Below the pieces are notes generated by a model. That model was not told the DNA's origin. It made no database searches and saw nothing but the letters and a program-made list of their open reading frames with translations. The position numbers and the translations under genes were made by a program. Shown piece after piece: positions 38,737 through 51,581 of a stretch of DNA of 64,000 nt. The first letter of the stretch is position 1, and each line of letters starts with the position of its first letter. The stretch comes from Mobula hypostoma (Eukaryota), in the NCBI RefSeq assembly GCF_963921235.1, contig NC_086097.1, forward strand, positions 95,234,001-95,298,000. Reading direction: 5' to 3'.

Positions 38737-40494
38737 AACTCTTGTTTACAATAGATCCATAAACTCTTGTTTACTGTCATTTCCTGTCAATTTTCAATCC
38801 TCTTAGATAAAATATTATCGATTTAATGGCCTTGATGATGCCTCTTTTAGCTCTGGCATATGAAGTGCAGAACAGGCTGAGAGAAAGGGGAAAATCCTTT
38901 GGAAATCTATCAGTGCATAACAAAATTCATGGATCAGCTTTCCTCCCATCATTGTATAAATGTTAGCCCAATGTGTCACTAACATATACATGCACAGAAT
39001 AGTTCAGTGAACAGTTGTACACAGTTAAATATCACCCACTGAAATGTACAAGACTTGGCAGACTAACTACAACAATTATAATAATCTATGAACCAGCTGG
39101 TACAGTCCATACAAGTGTGTAGACAGCCTCCTGCATAATCAATAGGCATCATATTTTAAAATCACTGTTAAAGTCAAGCAATAGTGACAGCGGTTTCACA
39201 GTTGAACTGCTAAATAGATTCCTTCCATGCACTACATATGATTAAAGGCTGCTCTGGGCCCTTCACTTTGGAACAGAAGGACAAGATGACTAGCAAGTGG
39301 CCTGGTAACTTTAAGCTAAAACAACTCCAGGCTCAATGCAATCACTGAGTGTTAGATCAAGAATTCTTTAATAGTCAAGCAAAGTATAGCAATACTAGAA
39401 GCCTGAAATAAATGCTGAAAATACTGGAATACTCAGCAGATCCGGCAGCCCTTAGAGAGAGATAAACTGAGCTAATGCTTCAGGTCAATGGCCCTTCGTC
39501 AAGTAATTTCCAGTTTTCATGGAAGATCATCAACCTGAAAATGCTAGTTCCATTTCCAGCATTTGCTGATTTTTAGTTCAAACTTTGATGCCTAGCCTGT
39601 ACTAGGAATAGAATATAATCCTAATACAGGCATTACTATTAACAACAAACTGCGTCATTAGAATGCCCTTCCCCAACAAAATGTCCTCACTTCAACCACA
39701 GAAAAACATCTCATGCAACACCCCCACCAACCCCACTCCAATATAGCAGTGTTTTTTTTCTTGTTCTATGTTTGTTCCCAATTATTTTCCAGTAAGTCTG
39801 AGCCAAAAAAGGATCTTATCGATCTCAGTGAACCCAAGGCTACAGGGTGAATCTGAATGTAGCCCTTGCAGTCAACAATCACAAAAGCCTTTCACGTGTG
39901 ACTGAAAGATGATTTCAATTTACTTAGCAAATTCTAACGTCTCCAAAACATCTATTGTACCTTGAAATACTATTTTTACCAGAGTCACTTTGTAATGAAT
40001 GCAATGATCTGGCCAATTTGCCTATAGCTACCTTGCAAAAATCGCAATCATGATCTGGTAGTTTGTTTTGGTGATTTGAATGATGGATAATTACTGGCCA
40101 TTGCACTACTGGTATTGTAATCTACTGTCCTTCATAAATTCAGTGCAGGATCCTTTATATAACAGGTGGTCTGCTGTTCAAAATGTTATCTTAACAAAGG
40201 TAAATTTAGAAACACAAGAGACTACAGAGGTTAGATATTTTGATACATTTAAAAGCATTAGGCCATTCGGCCCCTCAAGCCTGCTATGCCTTTCAATATA
40301 TTCATGACAGATCTGCCCCAGGCCCTATCTCCTCTATTGTGCCAGTTTCCCATGGTTTTCAATTCTATGATTTTTGAAAACAATAACATTATCTACTTCC
40401 TCTTTAAATACCCCCCATGATCTGGCCTCCACAACCCTCCAGGGTAGAGAATTCCAGCGGTTCAACAGCCTCTGTAAGAAGTTCTCATGCACTT

Positions 40495-41480
40495 CAGTTC
40501 AAATTTAAATTTATTGTCATAGGGATATATCCCCAGGATATTTTAGACATTTGCAGCAGCAGAACAATACATTACAAACATAAGTTAACACAGACTTAAA
40601 TTAATATAAATTATACCTAAGCTACAAGATAAAAATAAACTAAATAAACTTAAGGACATTTTCTTGAGAGATAAACATGGCAAGTTGAAAGATAGAAGAA
40701 TTATAACAGGTAATGTTAGGGTTTTTCAGATTGGTTCAAGAACCAAATGGCAGTAGGGAAGAAGTTGTTGTTGAATCCTGAGGTGTAGATCTACATGCTC
40801 CTGTACCTCTTGAAACAAAAAGAGGGCATGGCCCTGAAGGTGGGTATCTTTAATGATGAATGACGCCATCCTGGGGCATCACCTCTTGGAGATATCGTTG
40901 TTGGTGGGGAGAGCTGTACCCATGATGGAACTGGCTGAGTCTAACATTCTCTGCAGCCTTTCTGTGCATTGGACTTTCCATGCAAGTCTATAATGCAACC
41001 AATTAGAATACTTTCCACCATGTATCAGTACAAGTTTGTTAGAGTATCTGATGACATGCCAAATCTTCTCAAACCTCTAACAAAGTGGAAGGGTTGGCAT
41101 ACCTTCAGTTTGACTTCATCAATGTGCAGGGGTCAGGCTAGATCATCCATGAGGCTGCTCATATTTTCCATCACATAACCTTTGATGAGAATTGGTACAT
41201 GTTCAACCATCTTCCCATTCCTATAGACTACAATAGTCCACTATCAGTTCCCTGGTCTTGTAAATGTTGTTGTTACAAGACTATTCATCTAGTTGACTTA
41301 TCTCAGTCCTGTATGCTGTCTCATCATCTTCTGTGATTTCTGCCACAAAAGTGGGGTGTAATCAGTGAATTTGTAGATGCCATTGTAGCTATGCTTAGCC
41401 ACATGGTTGCAGGTATAGAGATAGTAGAACAAGGGTCTAAGCACACAGTCCTCCAAGAGGACTGGAACCTTGTTGTGGTT
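40495..41480 (-). mobile_element. 5'-truncated decayed Rex1/Babar LINE
   Basis: VLRPLFYYLYT...IYKFTDYT (decayed QGCVL/KFADDT region); tail at 40495-40520. Confidence 0.75.
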
Positions 41481-41510
41481 TGGAGACAGAGAGAGATAGA
41501 AAGATATTGA

Positions 41511-42550
41511 GATAGAAATATGCTGACTCCTTGTGCATAAGTATTGCAACATTCTCTGGCTCTCACAATATCCTCAGGATTGATTGCATATCTTTGAAGT
41601 GGAGTTGAAACTAATTACAGCCACTCACCACCCATAACTGTGCCTGGGCTGAGAGTCAAAAAGTACCATCAAAATAATGATGAAGGAAAATCCAAACAGA
41701 AAATGCAGATGTTGGAGATCTGTAATAAAAACGGAAAACACTGTAAACATTCAGCAGGTCAGGAAGTGTCCATGGAAAAAGAAACAGAAGTACGGCTTCA
41801 GGTCTGAGACCTTTTGCAAGTCTAACACAGGGTGTGAAACATTCACTGTGTTTCTCCTGCTACAGATGCTGCAGACCTGCAGAGTGTTTCTAACATTTTT
41901 GTTTTTATCTGAGGTGGAAAAAATCTCCTTTTGATGACATATTAGAATTCGCTCTCAACAAGAGGTCCGTTCTGTTTGTGTGTCATGTGGCATGAACATG
42001 TATTTACTTAAGTCTAAGAAATACAATCTATCAACATCAACAATACTGCCAAAATGAGTAGAGGATTCAATCAGAGTAATTTTGCTCCAAAGTCAAAACA
42101 GGCTGAATTCATTCACCTTAAAGTCATGGGGTCGAGAGAGAGGATGTTCTATGCAACTTGTGCAAGAAAAGTACATAATCAGACAATACAGTTCCCTGCA
42201 CAGAGGTAAATCACGTTTCTGCCTAAGCCTGTACCAAATCAGGGTGTTACCATGTGCTGAATTGGCTTGGGAACCGGCAATGCCAAGAAATTCAAGAGTT
42301 ATGAAAGCAAAGCAATCATGTCTGATTTTATGGTGTGTACATAAAGGCTCACAATTTCTGCAGTTTTCTCTGGAGTATCCCTTTCATTCTTACATTATCC
42401 TTTAATTCCCCAGAACATTGCTGTTTGATTAATCTTCTTCAGTTCTGTGGATCTAACTCCACTTCAAAGATATGCAATCAATCCTGAGGATATTGTGAGA
42501 GCCAGAGAATGTTGAAATATTTATGCACAAGGAGTCAGCATATTTCTATC
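41511..42550. repeat. 96-bp inverted repeat pair (41511-41606 and 42455-42550)
   Basis: GATAGAAATATGCTGACTCC...GAAGTGGAGTT is the near-perfect reverse complement of 42455-42550. Confidence 0.95.
41693..41909. mobile_element. Old Penelope-terminus fold-back
   Basis: Left AAATGCAGATGTTGGAGATC...CAGCAGGTCAGG versus right ACAGATGCTGCAGACCTGC...CATTTTTGTTTTTAT. Confidence 0.6.
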
Positions 42551-43715
42551 ATCTTCCTTCTCCCCAACCCCTAGAAACTGTATTGCTTGTGACATGCATC
42601 CACACAGATCACATCAACACCAGTCCGTTGGGCTTGCCATCAGCCAAGAGATATTCATCAAAGGCTCTTTGGTCCAGTACCCAGACTAAGTTTTTCCATT
42701 CATGGAAAAGGTCCCAAACCCTATCTGCATTAGCTGATCTGAGTCAAGATTTAGAACTGGCCGAGAGAGATGAATAAAAACAGTTATCGTTCAAGCATCT
42801 AATAACTATCCAGTAACTCTCTGTCACATTTCTATACAATGAGAATAAGATCTATACCTGCACATTAGTCATCCTACTGTTGAATAATCTGCTGATGTTC
42901 TGAACTCTTTAGCTATGGCTGAAAATGGCAGTGAGCCACTATGAGATTATGCCTCATCAGTCTATGGGTGATGAACTAGGAGTGTGCTAGAACTGCAGTA
43001 TCTCACGTACCAAGTTTCCCATTTCAGCTGTAATGCAGTTGCCATCCTTACCAACTGTACTTTAGCAATAGGGGAGATATGTCAAAATAGTAAGGTTAGG
43101 AGATACAGGGAAGAATAACAAAGAATATCGATACAAGGAACAATCAAACCACAATCTTGCTGGCATCCCTGTAGGTTACCTAGAATAGAACAGCAGCTGT
43201 CAATTGCCTGGAAGCAAGTCAGTACAGTTAGGTAAGTATCCACAATGCAAGATGGAACAGCAATCCCATGCCCCTGTGCTTTCCAAATACTTTATTTGAA
43301 AATTCCTTCATTTCCCTCAAAGCCACAAAGGAGACAATTTGGCCCAAAAAGCCGATACTATCATGAATGCACACTTCTGAGCTCGGCCTATAACCTTGTG
43401 GGTACAGCTTGTTAAGTGTTTATCTAAGCACTTTCTGCTTCCACCATCCTTTCAATACCTTCACTGCTCACTGAAGCAAACAAAATCTCTAGTCCTTTTT
43501 TAATCATTCTATCAACTGGTTTGAAAATAACACCCCTAGTAATTGATATGTCTGCTGAGAGAATTAGGGCTTTCTATTCACTCTATTTACTCTTGAAATA
43601 ATATTCTTAACCTCAATCAAATATGCCCTAAGCCTCCTCTGTTCCAAAGAAAACAAAACCAGTTTATTTAATCTTTCCTCAAAACTAAACTGCTCCAGTA
43701 CTGCCAACACTCTTT

Positions 43716-44245
43716 TCAAGTCAAGTCAAGTCAAGTCAAGTCAAGTCACTTTTTATTGTCATTTCGACCATAACTGCTGGTACAGTACACAGTAAAAACA
43801 AGACAATGTTTTTCAGGACCATGGTGCTACATGAAACAATACAAAAACTACACTGAACTACATAAAACAACACAAAAACTACACTAGACTACAGACCTAC
43901 CCAGGATGGCATAAAGTGCACAAAACAGTGCAGGCATTACAATAAGTAATAAACAAGACAATAGGCACAGCAGAGGGCAGTAGGTTGGTAGTCCAATGGC
44001 TCGGGGGGAGAAACTGTTTAATAAATAAACAGCTGAATAGTGGCATCCGGGATCACGTCTGTTTCTGTACTCCCGCCGAGTATTTCGTTGAAGTCAGATG
44101 TAGTCTAATTTAATGTCCATTGGAAAGCAGAATGGATGGGAGAGCTGGCCGGGTAGGGCTTGCTTTTCCCCTGGCACGGACTCCTGCCCGCTCGCCTTGC
44201 TTCCACTTCCTCGCACACTGCTTACGACGTCCCCACCTCAGGCCT
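43716..44245 (-). mobile_element. Internally deleted Rex1/Babar element with (CTTGA)n tail, inside a CR1 remnant
   Basis: (TCAAG)6 at 43716-43745; 5' part encodes RKQCARKWKQGERAG...RPALPSILLSN, the start of a Rex1-type ORF, fused to a 3' UTR. Confidence 0.7.
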
Positions 44246-46204
44246 TTACATTCTTCTTTGTACCCTCTCCAGTGTTATCACGTATTTGCCATAATTTAAT
44301 AATCAGAATTGTACACAATCACCAGTTGCAACCAGTTCTAGCATGACTTCTACTATCCCTCAGCAATATGGGAACGTATTCTGTAAACTTGTTTAATCAC
44401 CTGTTCAATCTGCCCTGCCTCCATGATGGATTGGAGTAACATTGGGCCTCTGTACTTCTCAGTACCCCACTGTTCATTGTGTGTTCTCTTCCGTTGTTTG
44501 TTTCTCTTCATCAACACATTACTTCACACCACTCTGGACTGGTCCCACTTGCCACTCTCTACCACTATGATTGTTCTATTAAAATCTCTGCAATGTATTG
44601 CTTCTTTCCTCATCATGAGTTGCAGGGTGAATTTTTGCATCACCTTTCATTGATATTTACTGGAAGGGGCCAGAATTGATCCCGTAGAACTGCAATGTAA
44701 AAACCTTCCAGTCAATGAAATTAAACATATTTTGTTTCTAAACCTTTTTCTTGCATTGTTACTGTTTTACCTCATTCTAGCTCAATATACTGTGTACTGA
44801 TTTGATCTGTACAAAAAGCATGCAAGACAAGATTTTCACTCTATCTTGGTACATGTGACATCAATACCCTCCCAACTCAGTGCAAGCACTGAAACTGGGT
44901 TACACAGTAAAGAGTGGTGAAGGTTGCAGGGAAGTAAGAGAATTGAAGTAAAGGGAAAGTGGGGAACGAGATAGAGAGAGAGGTTAAAGAGCAAGCTGCA
45001 ATTAGGGAAAGAAGGAGCCAGGTGTATGTGACAAAAGATTATCCTCAGAAAGGTGGCATGCAGTGAAATCCACTAACACACTAAATATATTTTAAAAGCT
45101 CATATGTGCAACCCTACTGAACTGCCTATTGCCCTAAAAGCAGTGAAACAAGGATAGAGGTGACTGCTCTGTTTAGCATTAAGCCACCAGAGAGATAACT
45201 ATCTAATAACCTCCTGGAATATTTTTGCTGGCATCAGTCCTAATGGCAGAGAAACACAAACTTCCACCACAAAACAAAAGTATGATTTTACCTGATTCTG
45301 TTACAGTGCAAACTGAGTACCAAATCCAATCGATTATTAACCTTCTAGCTGGTACAACAGGTCAATACACCAGTCATGGGAGGTTAATGAGTTTGATTCC
45401 ATTTCTGGATAGAAAGCATCTTTGTAATCTCTTGGAGGGAACAGACGCCCACAGGGAGCTTGAGGCCAGCAACTTAATTAATTTTCTTTCTAACCTCCGA
45501 CTTTGATCAAGAGAGGAACAGTGTTTTCAGCAATGTGTGGCAAGGTTCCATGCAGTGCATCCAAGTTCATTCAAGCAGGGTGCATGCAAGAGTGACTGGG
45601 ACAACAGAGCAGGGGGTGGGAAGGTGTGAAGAACCATTTAACCAGCGTGGTCTGCAGAAGAGATGGAGCATGCGCTGGTGGATACAGCAGTGCTTCAGTG
45701 ACCTAGAGCTGGCGTAGCAACATATCTTTGTGAGTAAAAAGGCCCTTAAATGACTTACTCATGTTCCAAAGGCAACCTGTTGGACGAAATGATTTCAGCA
45801 TCTGAGATACCATAAGAGGCTGTACCTCCAGGCTAGAGGGGATAGTCTGGGAACAAGCATCAGCTAATTCAACCTGACACAAACAGAGAATTTTGTTTAA
45901 TGATGGCAGGATGAATTATTTAAGTTAGAGGGTTACAGATGCTTTGTCACTGGGTATAACTATGGATATTGACAGTTTATTGGATCTTTGAGGAATCAAA
46001 ATAAAGGGGAGAAGGTGGGAGATAAAAGTGGAATTCACACAGAAATTCAACTATTCTCTTATGAAATGGCTCCTTTTTCTAATACATTCTTCTTTTCATT
46101 GTCATGCACTATGAGAACGGGCCCTGTGGCCCAAAACAAAGGGCAGCACAGAAAATCAGTATTCTCCAACACCATCTTGCTTCAGCCCATAAGATCTGCA
46201 ATCT

Positions 46205-47270
46205 GCTGAGGGCCAGATCATTAGCATTCAGGTCTGCCACCCAAGTAAGATACAAGAGGACCCCGTAAGATCTCCGGAAAGCCATCTCATGTGCCCAGTG
46301 GCAATTCTGGACCAAACTTGAATCTCTGAAGGACGTGTGACAGCTGTGGCAGGGTTTGAATGCTATCACCTCTTACACAGTGAAACCAAGCATCACAGGT
46401 AACAACAAGCCTTCACACCCAGATGAACACAATGCCTTCTATACTCGCTTTGACTGCCAAAACATGGAGGCGACTCCTCAAACTCCCACAACACCAGATG
46501 ACCCTGTGATATCAGTCTCTGAGGCCATCGTGAAAACATCCTACAGGAGGGGGAACCCATGGAAAGCAAACGGCCTAGACGGGTAATCTGACCAAGGACT
46601 AAAGACCTGTGCTGATCAACTGGCAGGACCGTTCACTGATATCTTTAACGTCTTGCTTCAGCAATCTGAGGTACTACTGTAATGCCCTTGAATGGAAAAG
46701 CCTACAAAAGATGTGAATATAGCCCAGTCCATCACGAATAAAACTGTCTCCACCATTGAGACCCTACATAGAACGCTGTCACAAGGAAAACATCACCCAT
46801 CATCAAGGACCCCCACCACCCAGGCTATACTCTCCTCTCGCTGTTGCCATCTGGAAGAAGGTACAGGAAACTCATGACCCACTCCACAAGATTCAAGAAT
46901 AGCTATTCCTCCCCACTCCTCCCTCCAACCAACCATCAGACTCTTGAACCAGAGGAGATAACTTCACTCACCTCATCACTGAACTGTTCCCACAACCTAT
47001 GGACACACTTCCAATATCTCTTCATCTCATGTTCTTTGTATTTATTGCTTATTTATTTACCTGCTTGTTTGTTTGTTTATTTATTTAGTATTTGCACAGT
47101 TCATCATCTTTTGCACATTGGTTGTTTGTCAATCCTGTGGATGCAATTTTTTGTTGATTCTACTGTGTTTCTTGGACTTACTGTGTTCCATATCCTGCAC
47201 AAAAATGAATCTCAGGGCTGTATATGGTGTCATATATGTACTTTGATAATAAATTTACTTTGCACTTTGT
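46205..47270 (+). mobile_element. Rex1/Babar LINE fragment with internal deletion near 46675
   Basis: PDEHNAFYTRFD, KANGLDG, then PSGRRYRKL...TRFKNSY; tail TTTGATAATAAATTTACTTTG. Confidence 0.8.
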
Positions 47271-47324
47271 CTCAACTACATCATTCTGGATATGTCCTGT
47301 GTAAAAAAAAATGTTGCCCTTTAA

Positions 47325-47600
47325 ACATACACAAGATGCCGGAGGAACTCAGCAGGTCAGGAAGCATCTATGAAAAAGAATAAATAGTGAAAGTTTCTGG
47401 CTGAGACCACCCTCCTCCCCACACCTGTTTATTCTAATTGGGGCCTCCTCTACCTTCCTTTCCTGTGCTGATAAAGAGTCACAGCTCAAAACATCGATTG
47501 TCTATTCCCTTCCATCGATGTTGCCTGATCTGCTGAGCTCCTCCAGCATTTTAATGCATTATTCTGGATCTCCAGCATCTGTTGAATCTTGTGTTTATAA
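47325..47600. mobile_element. Penelope-terminus fold-back, older
   Basis: Inverted PLE termini, short left and long right; degenerate TSD GTTGCCCTTTAA (47313) / GCTGTCCTTTAA (47601). Confidence 0.7.
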
Positions 47601-48458
47601 GCTGTCCTTTAAGTTTTTATTAAATCTTTCTCTTCTTACCTTAACCTATGCCTCCAGTTCTAGATTTTCCAATGCTGGGGAAAAATACTGAGTGCACTCA
47701 TCCAATCCATGCCTTTTATAATTGTTACACCTCTGAAAAAATCACTCTTGAATACCTATGCTCAGAGGAAAAAAAATCCTATCCAGTCCAAGCTCTCCCT
47801 ATAACTCACTCTCTCAAACACACCTTTTCTCCACTCTTTCCAGTTTAATAACACTGTTCTTGTAGCAGGGTGACCAAAACTGAACACAACATTTCAAGTG
47901 CTTCAACAGCCACCAGTAAAGGCAACAAGATTGGATTGATAACTCAGCCAAAGGAGAACATTTTCAGGAAAGCAGTACTTTTCCGGGACTATGCTAGTGT
48001 TTGCTTCGATAATCCATCCACACTTGGTCTTCCCTGCATTCCACAAATGCAGTCAACACTTAACTTCCTCCTCTTTAGGGTAGCCTCGCATAGTCAATAA
48101 ATACTGATATTGCCAGCAGCATTCTCACTTCTTTTATTTCCTGTTATTATTTCTGATTTCCAGCACCTGAAGTTTTCTGCTTGTGGATAAATCAACTAAA
48201 ATTGGGTGCATTCATTCTAAAGCAAGTTCTTTATAGAAAGAGATCAAAATTATGCACCTAACAATGGCAAGGCACTCCTTTTATTCTAATGAATAATAAC
48301 AATATCAGGATTTGTACTGGGCACATCACGTTTTGTAGTCATGGTTCCACTAAAAAATTCTTGGTCAAATGCAGCAAAGGTTAAATAAAGAGTAAAGCGC
48401 CACACATAAAAGTTGCTGGTGAACGCAGCAGGCCAGGCAGCATCTCTAGGAAGAGGTG

Positions 48459-48496
48459 CAGTCGACGTTTCAGGCCGAGACCCTTCGTCAGGACTA
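48459..48496 (-). ncRNA. Minimal hammerhead ribozyme motif
   Basis: UAGUC-CUGACGA-AGG(GUCUCGG)CCU-GAAA-CG-UC-GACUG. Confidence 0.8.
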
Positions 48497-49468
48497 ACTG
48501 AAGGAAGAGTGAGTAAGGGATTTGAAAGTTGGAGGGGGAGGGGGAGGGGGAGATCCAAAATGATAGGAAAAGACAGGAGGGGGAGGGATGGAGCCAAGAG
48601 TTGGACAGGTGATAGGCAAAAGGGATAAGAGAGGATCATGGGACAGGAGGTCCAGGAAGAAAGACAAGGGGTGGGGGGGGGATCCAGAGGATGGGCAAGG
48701 GGTATATTCAGAGGGACAGAGGGAGAAAAAGGAGAGTGAGAGAAAGAATGTGTGCATAAAAATAAGTAACAGATGGGGTACGAGGGGGAGGTGGGGCATT
48801 AGCGGAAGTTAGAGAAGTCAATGTTCATGCCATCAGGTTGGAGGCTACCTAGACGGAATATAAGGTGTTGTTCCTCCAACCTGAGTGTGGCTTCATCTTT
48901 ACAGTAGAGGAGGCCGTGGATAGACATGTCAGAATGGGAATGGGATGTGGAATTAAAATGTGTGGCCACTGGGAGATTGCCCCTTCTCGCAGTTCCTTCG
49001 TGTCCGCCGCATCCACTCTCAGGATGAGGCTTTTCATTCTAGGATGAGGGAGATGTCTTCCTTTTTTAAAGAAAGGGGTTCCCTTCCTCCACTATCAACT
49101 CTGCTCTTAAATGCATCTCCCCCATTTCACGTACATCTGCTCTCACTCCATCCTCCCGCCACCCCACTAGGAATAGGGTTCCCCTGGTCCTCACCTACCA
49201 CCCCACCAGCCTCCGGGTCCAACATATTATTCTCCGTAACTTCCGCCACCTCCAACGGGATCCCACCACTAAGCACATCTTTCCCTCCCCCGCTCTCTCT
49301 GCATTCCGCAGGGATCGCTCCCTACGCAACTCCTTTGTCCATTCGTCCCCCCCATCCCTCCCCACTGATCTCCCTCCTGGCACTTATCCGTGTAAGCGGA
49401 ACAAGTGCTACACATGCCCTTACACTTCCTCCCTTACCACCATTCAGGGCCCCAAACAGTCCTTCCAG

Positions 49469-49795
49469 GTGAGGCAACACTTCACCTGTGAGTCGGCTGG
49501 GGTGATATACTGCGTCCGGTGCTCCCGATGTGGCCTTTTATATATTGGCGAGACCCGACGCAGACTGGGAGACCGCTTTGCTGAACATCTACGCTCCGTC
49601 CGCCAGAGAAAGCAGGATCTCCCAGTGGCCACACATTTTAATTTTACATCCCATTCCCATTCTGACATGTCTATCCACGGTCTCCTCTACTGTAAAGATG
49701 AAGCCACACTCAGGTTGGAGGAACAACACCTTATATTCCGTCTGGGTAGCCTCCAACCTGATGGCATGAACATTGACTTCTCTAACTTCCGCTAA
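49469..49795 (+). pseudogene. Penelope GIY-YIG endonuclease domain (ORF C-terminus)
   Basis: VIYCVRCSRCGLLYIGETRRRLGDRFAEH...LEEQHLIFRLGSLQPDGMN. Confidence 0.92.
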
Positions 49796-50094
49796 TGCCC
49801 CACCTCCCCCTCATACCCCATCTGTTACTTATTTTTATACACACATTCTTTCTCTCACTCTCTTTTTTCTCCCTCTGTCCCTCTGAATATACCCCTTGCC
49901 CATCCTCTGGGTCCCCCCCCTCCCCGCCCTTGTCTTTCTTCCCGGACCTCCTGTCCCATGATCCTCTCTTATCCCTTTTGCCTATCACCTGTCCAGCTCT
50001 TGGCTCCATCCCTCCCCCTCCTGTCTTCTCCTATCATTTTGGATCTCCCCCTCCCCCTCCAACTTTCAAATCCCTTACTCACTCTTCCTTCAGT

Positions 50095-50132
50095 TAATCC
50101 TGACGAAGGGTCTCGGCCTGAAACGTCGACTG
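50095..50132 (+). ncRNA. Minimal hammerhead ribozyme motif (weakened stem I)
   Basis: UAAUC-CUGACGA-AGG(GUCUCGG)CCU-GAAA-CG-UC-GACUG. Confidence 0.7.
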
Positions 50133-50649
50133 CACCTCTTCCTAGAGATGCTGCCTGGCCTGCTGCATTCACCAGCAACTTTTATGTGTGTTGCTTGAAT
50201 TTCCAGCATCTGCAGAATTCCTGTTGTTTGAAGAGTAAAGCTCCCTTTGTTATGTCTTATCAAACATTTCTGAAACTGTGTACAGCAGCTTACATAATAT
50301 CCCCCTTGATACACAATTGAGACATTCTTTTTATTACAAATACAAGCCATTGTAGTGGTTTTTCTCAAATGGCATCTGAATTTATTGGGACCATAGGGAA
50401 TTTACAGGGAATTTTATGATCCATTCCCAATCAAATCATTCCAACAAGCCACAGAAAGATAACTGTAATTAGATCAACAAAACAATCTGCTGGAGGAACT
50501 CAGCAGGTCAAGGAGCATCTGTGGAAGCTTTCATCAATCTGGTTATATATAAATCTCAAATTAACAGCACAAAGAGTCTCAAAGTCACTGCATCACCTAG
50601 TTCCTCTTTCCAGAGTATCTTTCTATCAGTTATTTCAATCCAGAGCATC

Positions 50650-51155
50650 AGAAGAAGAATAAGATTTATTTTCACTGCCTTGTATGACATGACATTTGGT
50701 GTGGCAACAGTACTGTGCAAAGAAATGAAATTACTATAAATTACAAAATAAATAAGTAGTGCAAAAAAAAAGGAATAATGAAATAGTGTTCTTGGGTTCA
50801 TGAACTTAAATCTAATGACAGAGGGTAAGGAGCTGTTCCTGAATTGTTGAATGTCAGTTTTCAGGTTCCTACACCTCCACCCCAGCAGCAGTAATGAGAA
50901 GAGGCCATGTCCTGGATGGTGAGGACACTAAATGACGATGCTCCCTTCCTGAGGCACAGATTTTTAAAGAGATCTGTGCTTGTGGTGGATCTGGCTGAGT
51001 CGACAGCCCTCTGCAGCCTCTTGCGTTCCTGTGCATGGGAACCTCCTTAACAGCTGTGATCCCACCCGTCAGAATGCCCTCTATAATGTTTGTAAGAGCC
51101 CTTTATGACATAAGGAATCTCCGCAAACTTCGTGATTGCATCATCATGCATGTAA
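50650..51155 (-). mobile_element. Rex1/Babar 3' fragment
   Basis: Similar to 9395-10070 and 40495-41100. Confidence 0.7.
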
Positions 51156-51581
51156 GTAATGTTCACTCTCAGTTATTGTTTCTCAACAAGCATTTAATGG
51201 TATTAACATCTGTTGTAATCTCTAGCATTATTGGCCACCACCTGCGTGTCTGCCACACTCCTGGTAACTTAAAGAGACTGGAACTGAGTTGCTTGCTCAT
51301 AAACATTTTTTAGAGAAAGCAATAAGACGGGAACATTGACTCCCCTCACTCTGCCCCTGAAATCCCAGCAATCCAATTATGTAGAAACACATAGGCATTG
51401 CCTTGGAAGGTAAATCCAAATGAAAAAATATTTTGAATGGCAGAAGGATAACAATTGAGATTTTAATGATGTATACCATGATTTATGGAACATAGCTGTT
51501 GAGACTATTCCAGAGACTTATAGATTGCCTATAGTGCCATGATGAAAAATTGATACCACCAATGAAAGTATAATTAATCTC

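Larger units (their letters stand above)
48399..50230. mobile_element. Young Penelope-like element with inverted terminal arms and 11-bp TSD
   Basis: 48401-48977(-) mirrors 49617-50190(+); TSD AAGAGTAAAGC at 48388-48398 and 50231-50241. Confidence 0.95.

Noticed and set aside
38684..38774. CRISPR-like repeat-spacer array
   Set aside because: Only three 13-bp repeats with unequal spacers, one of them a PLE tail; vertebrate context and no cas genes
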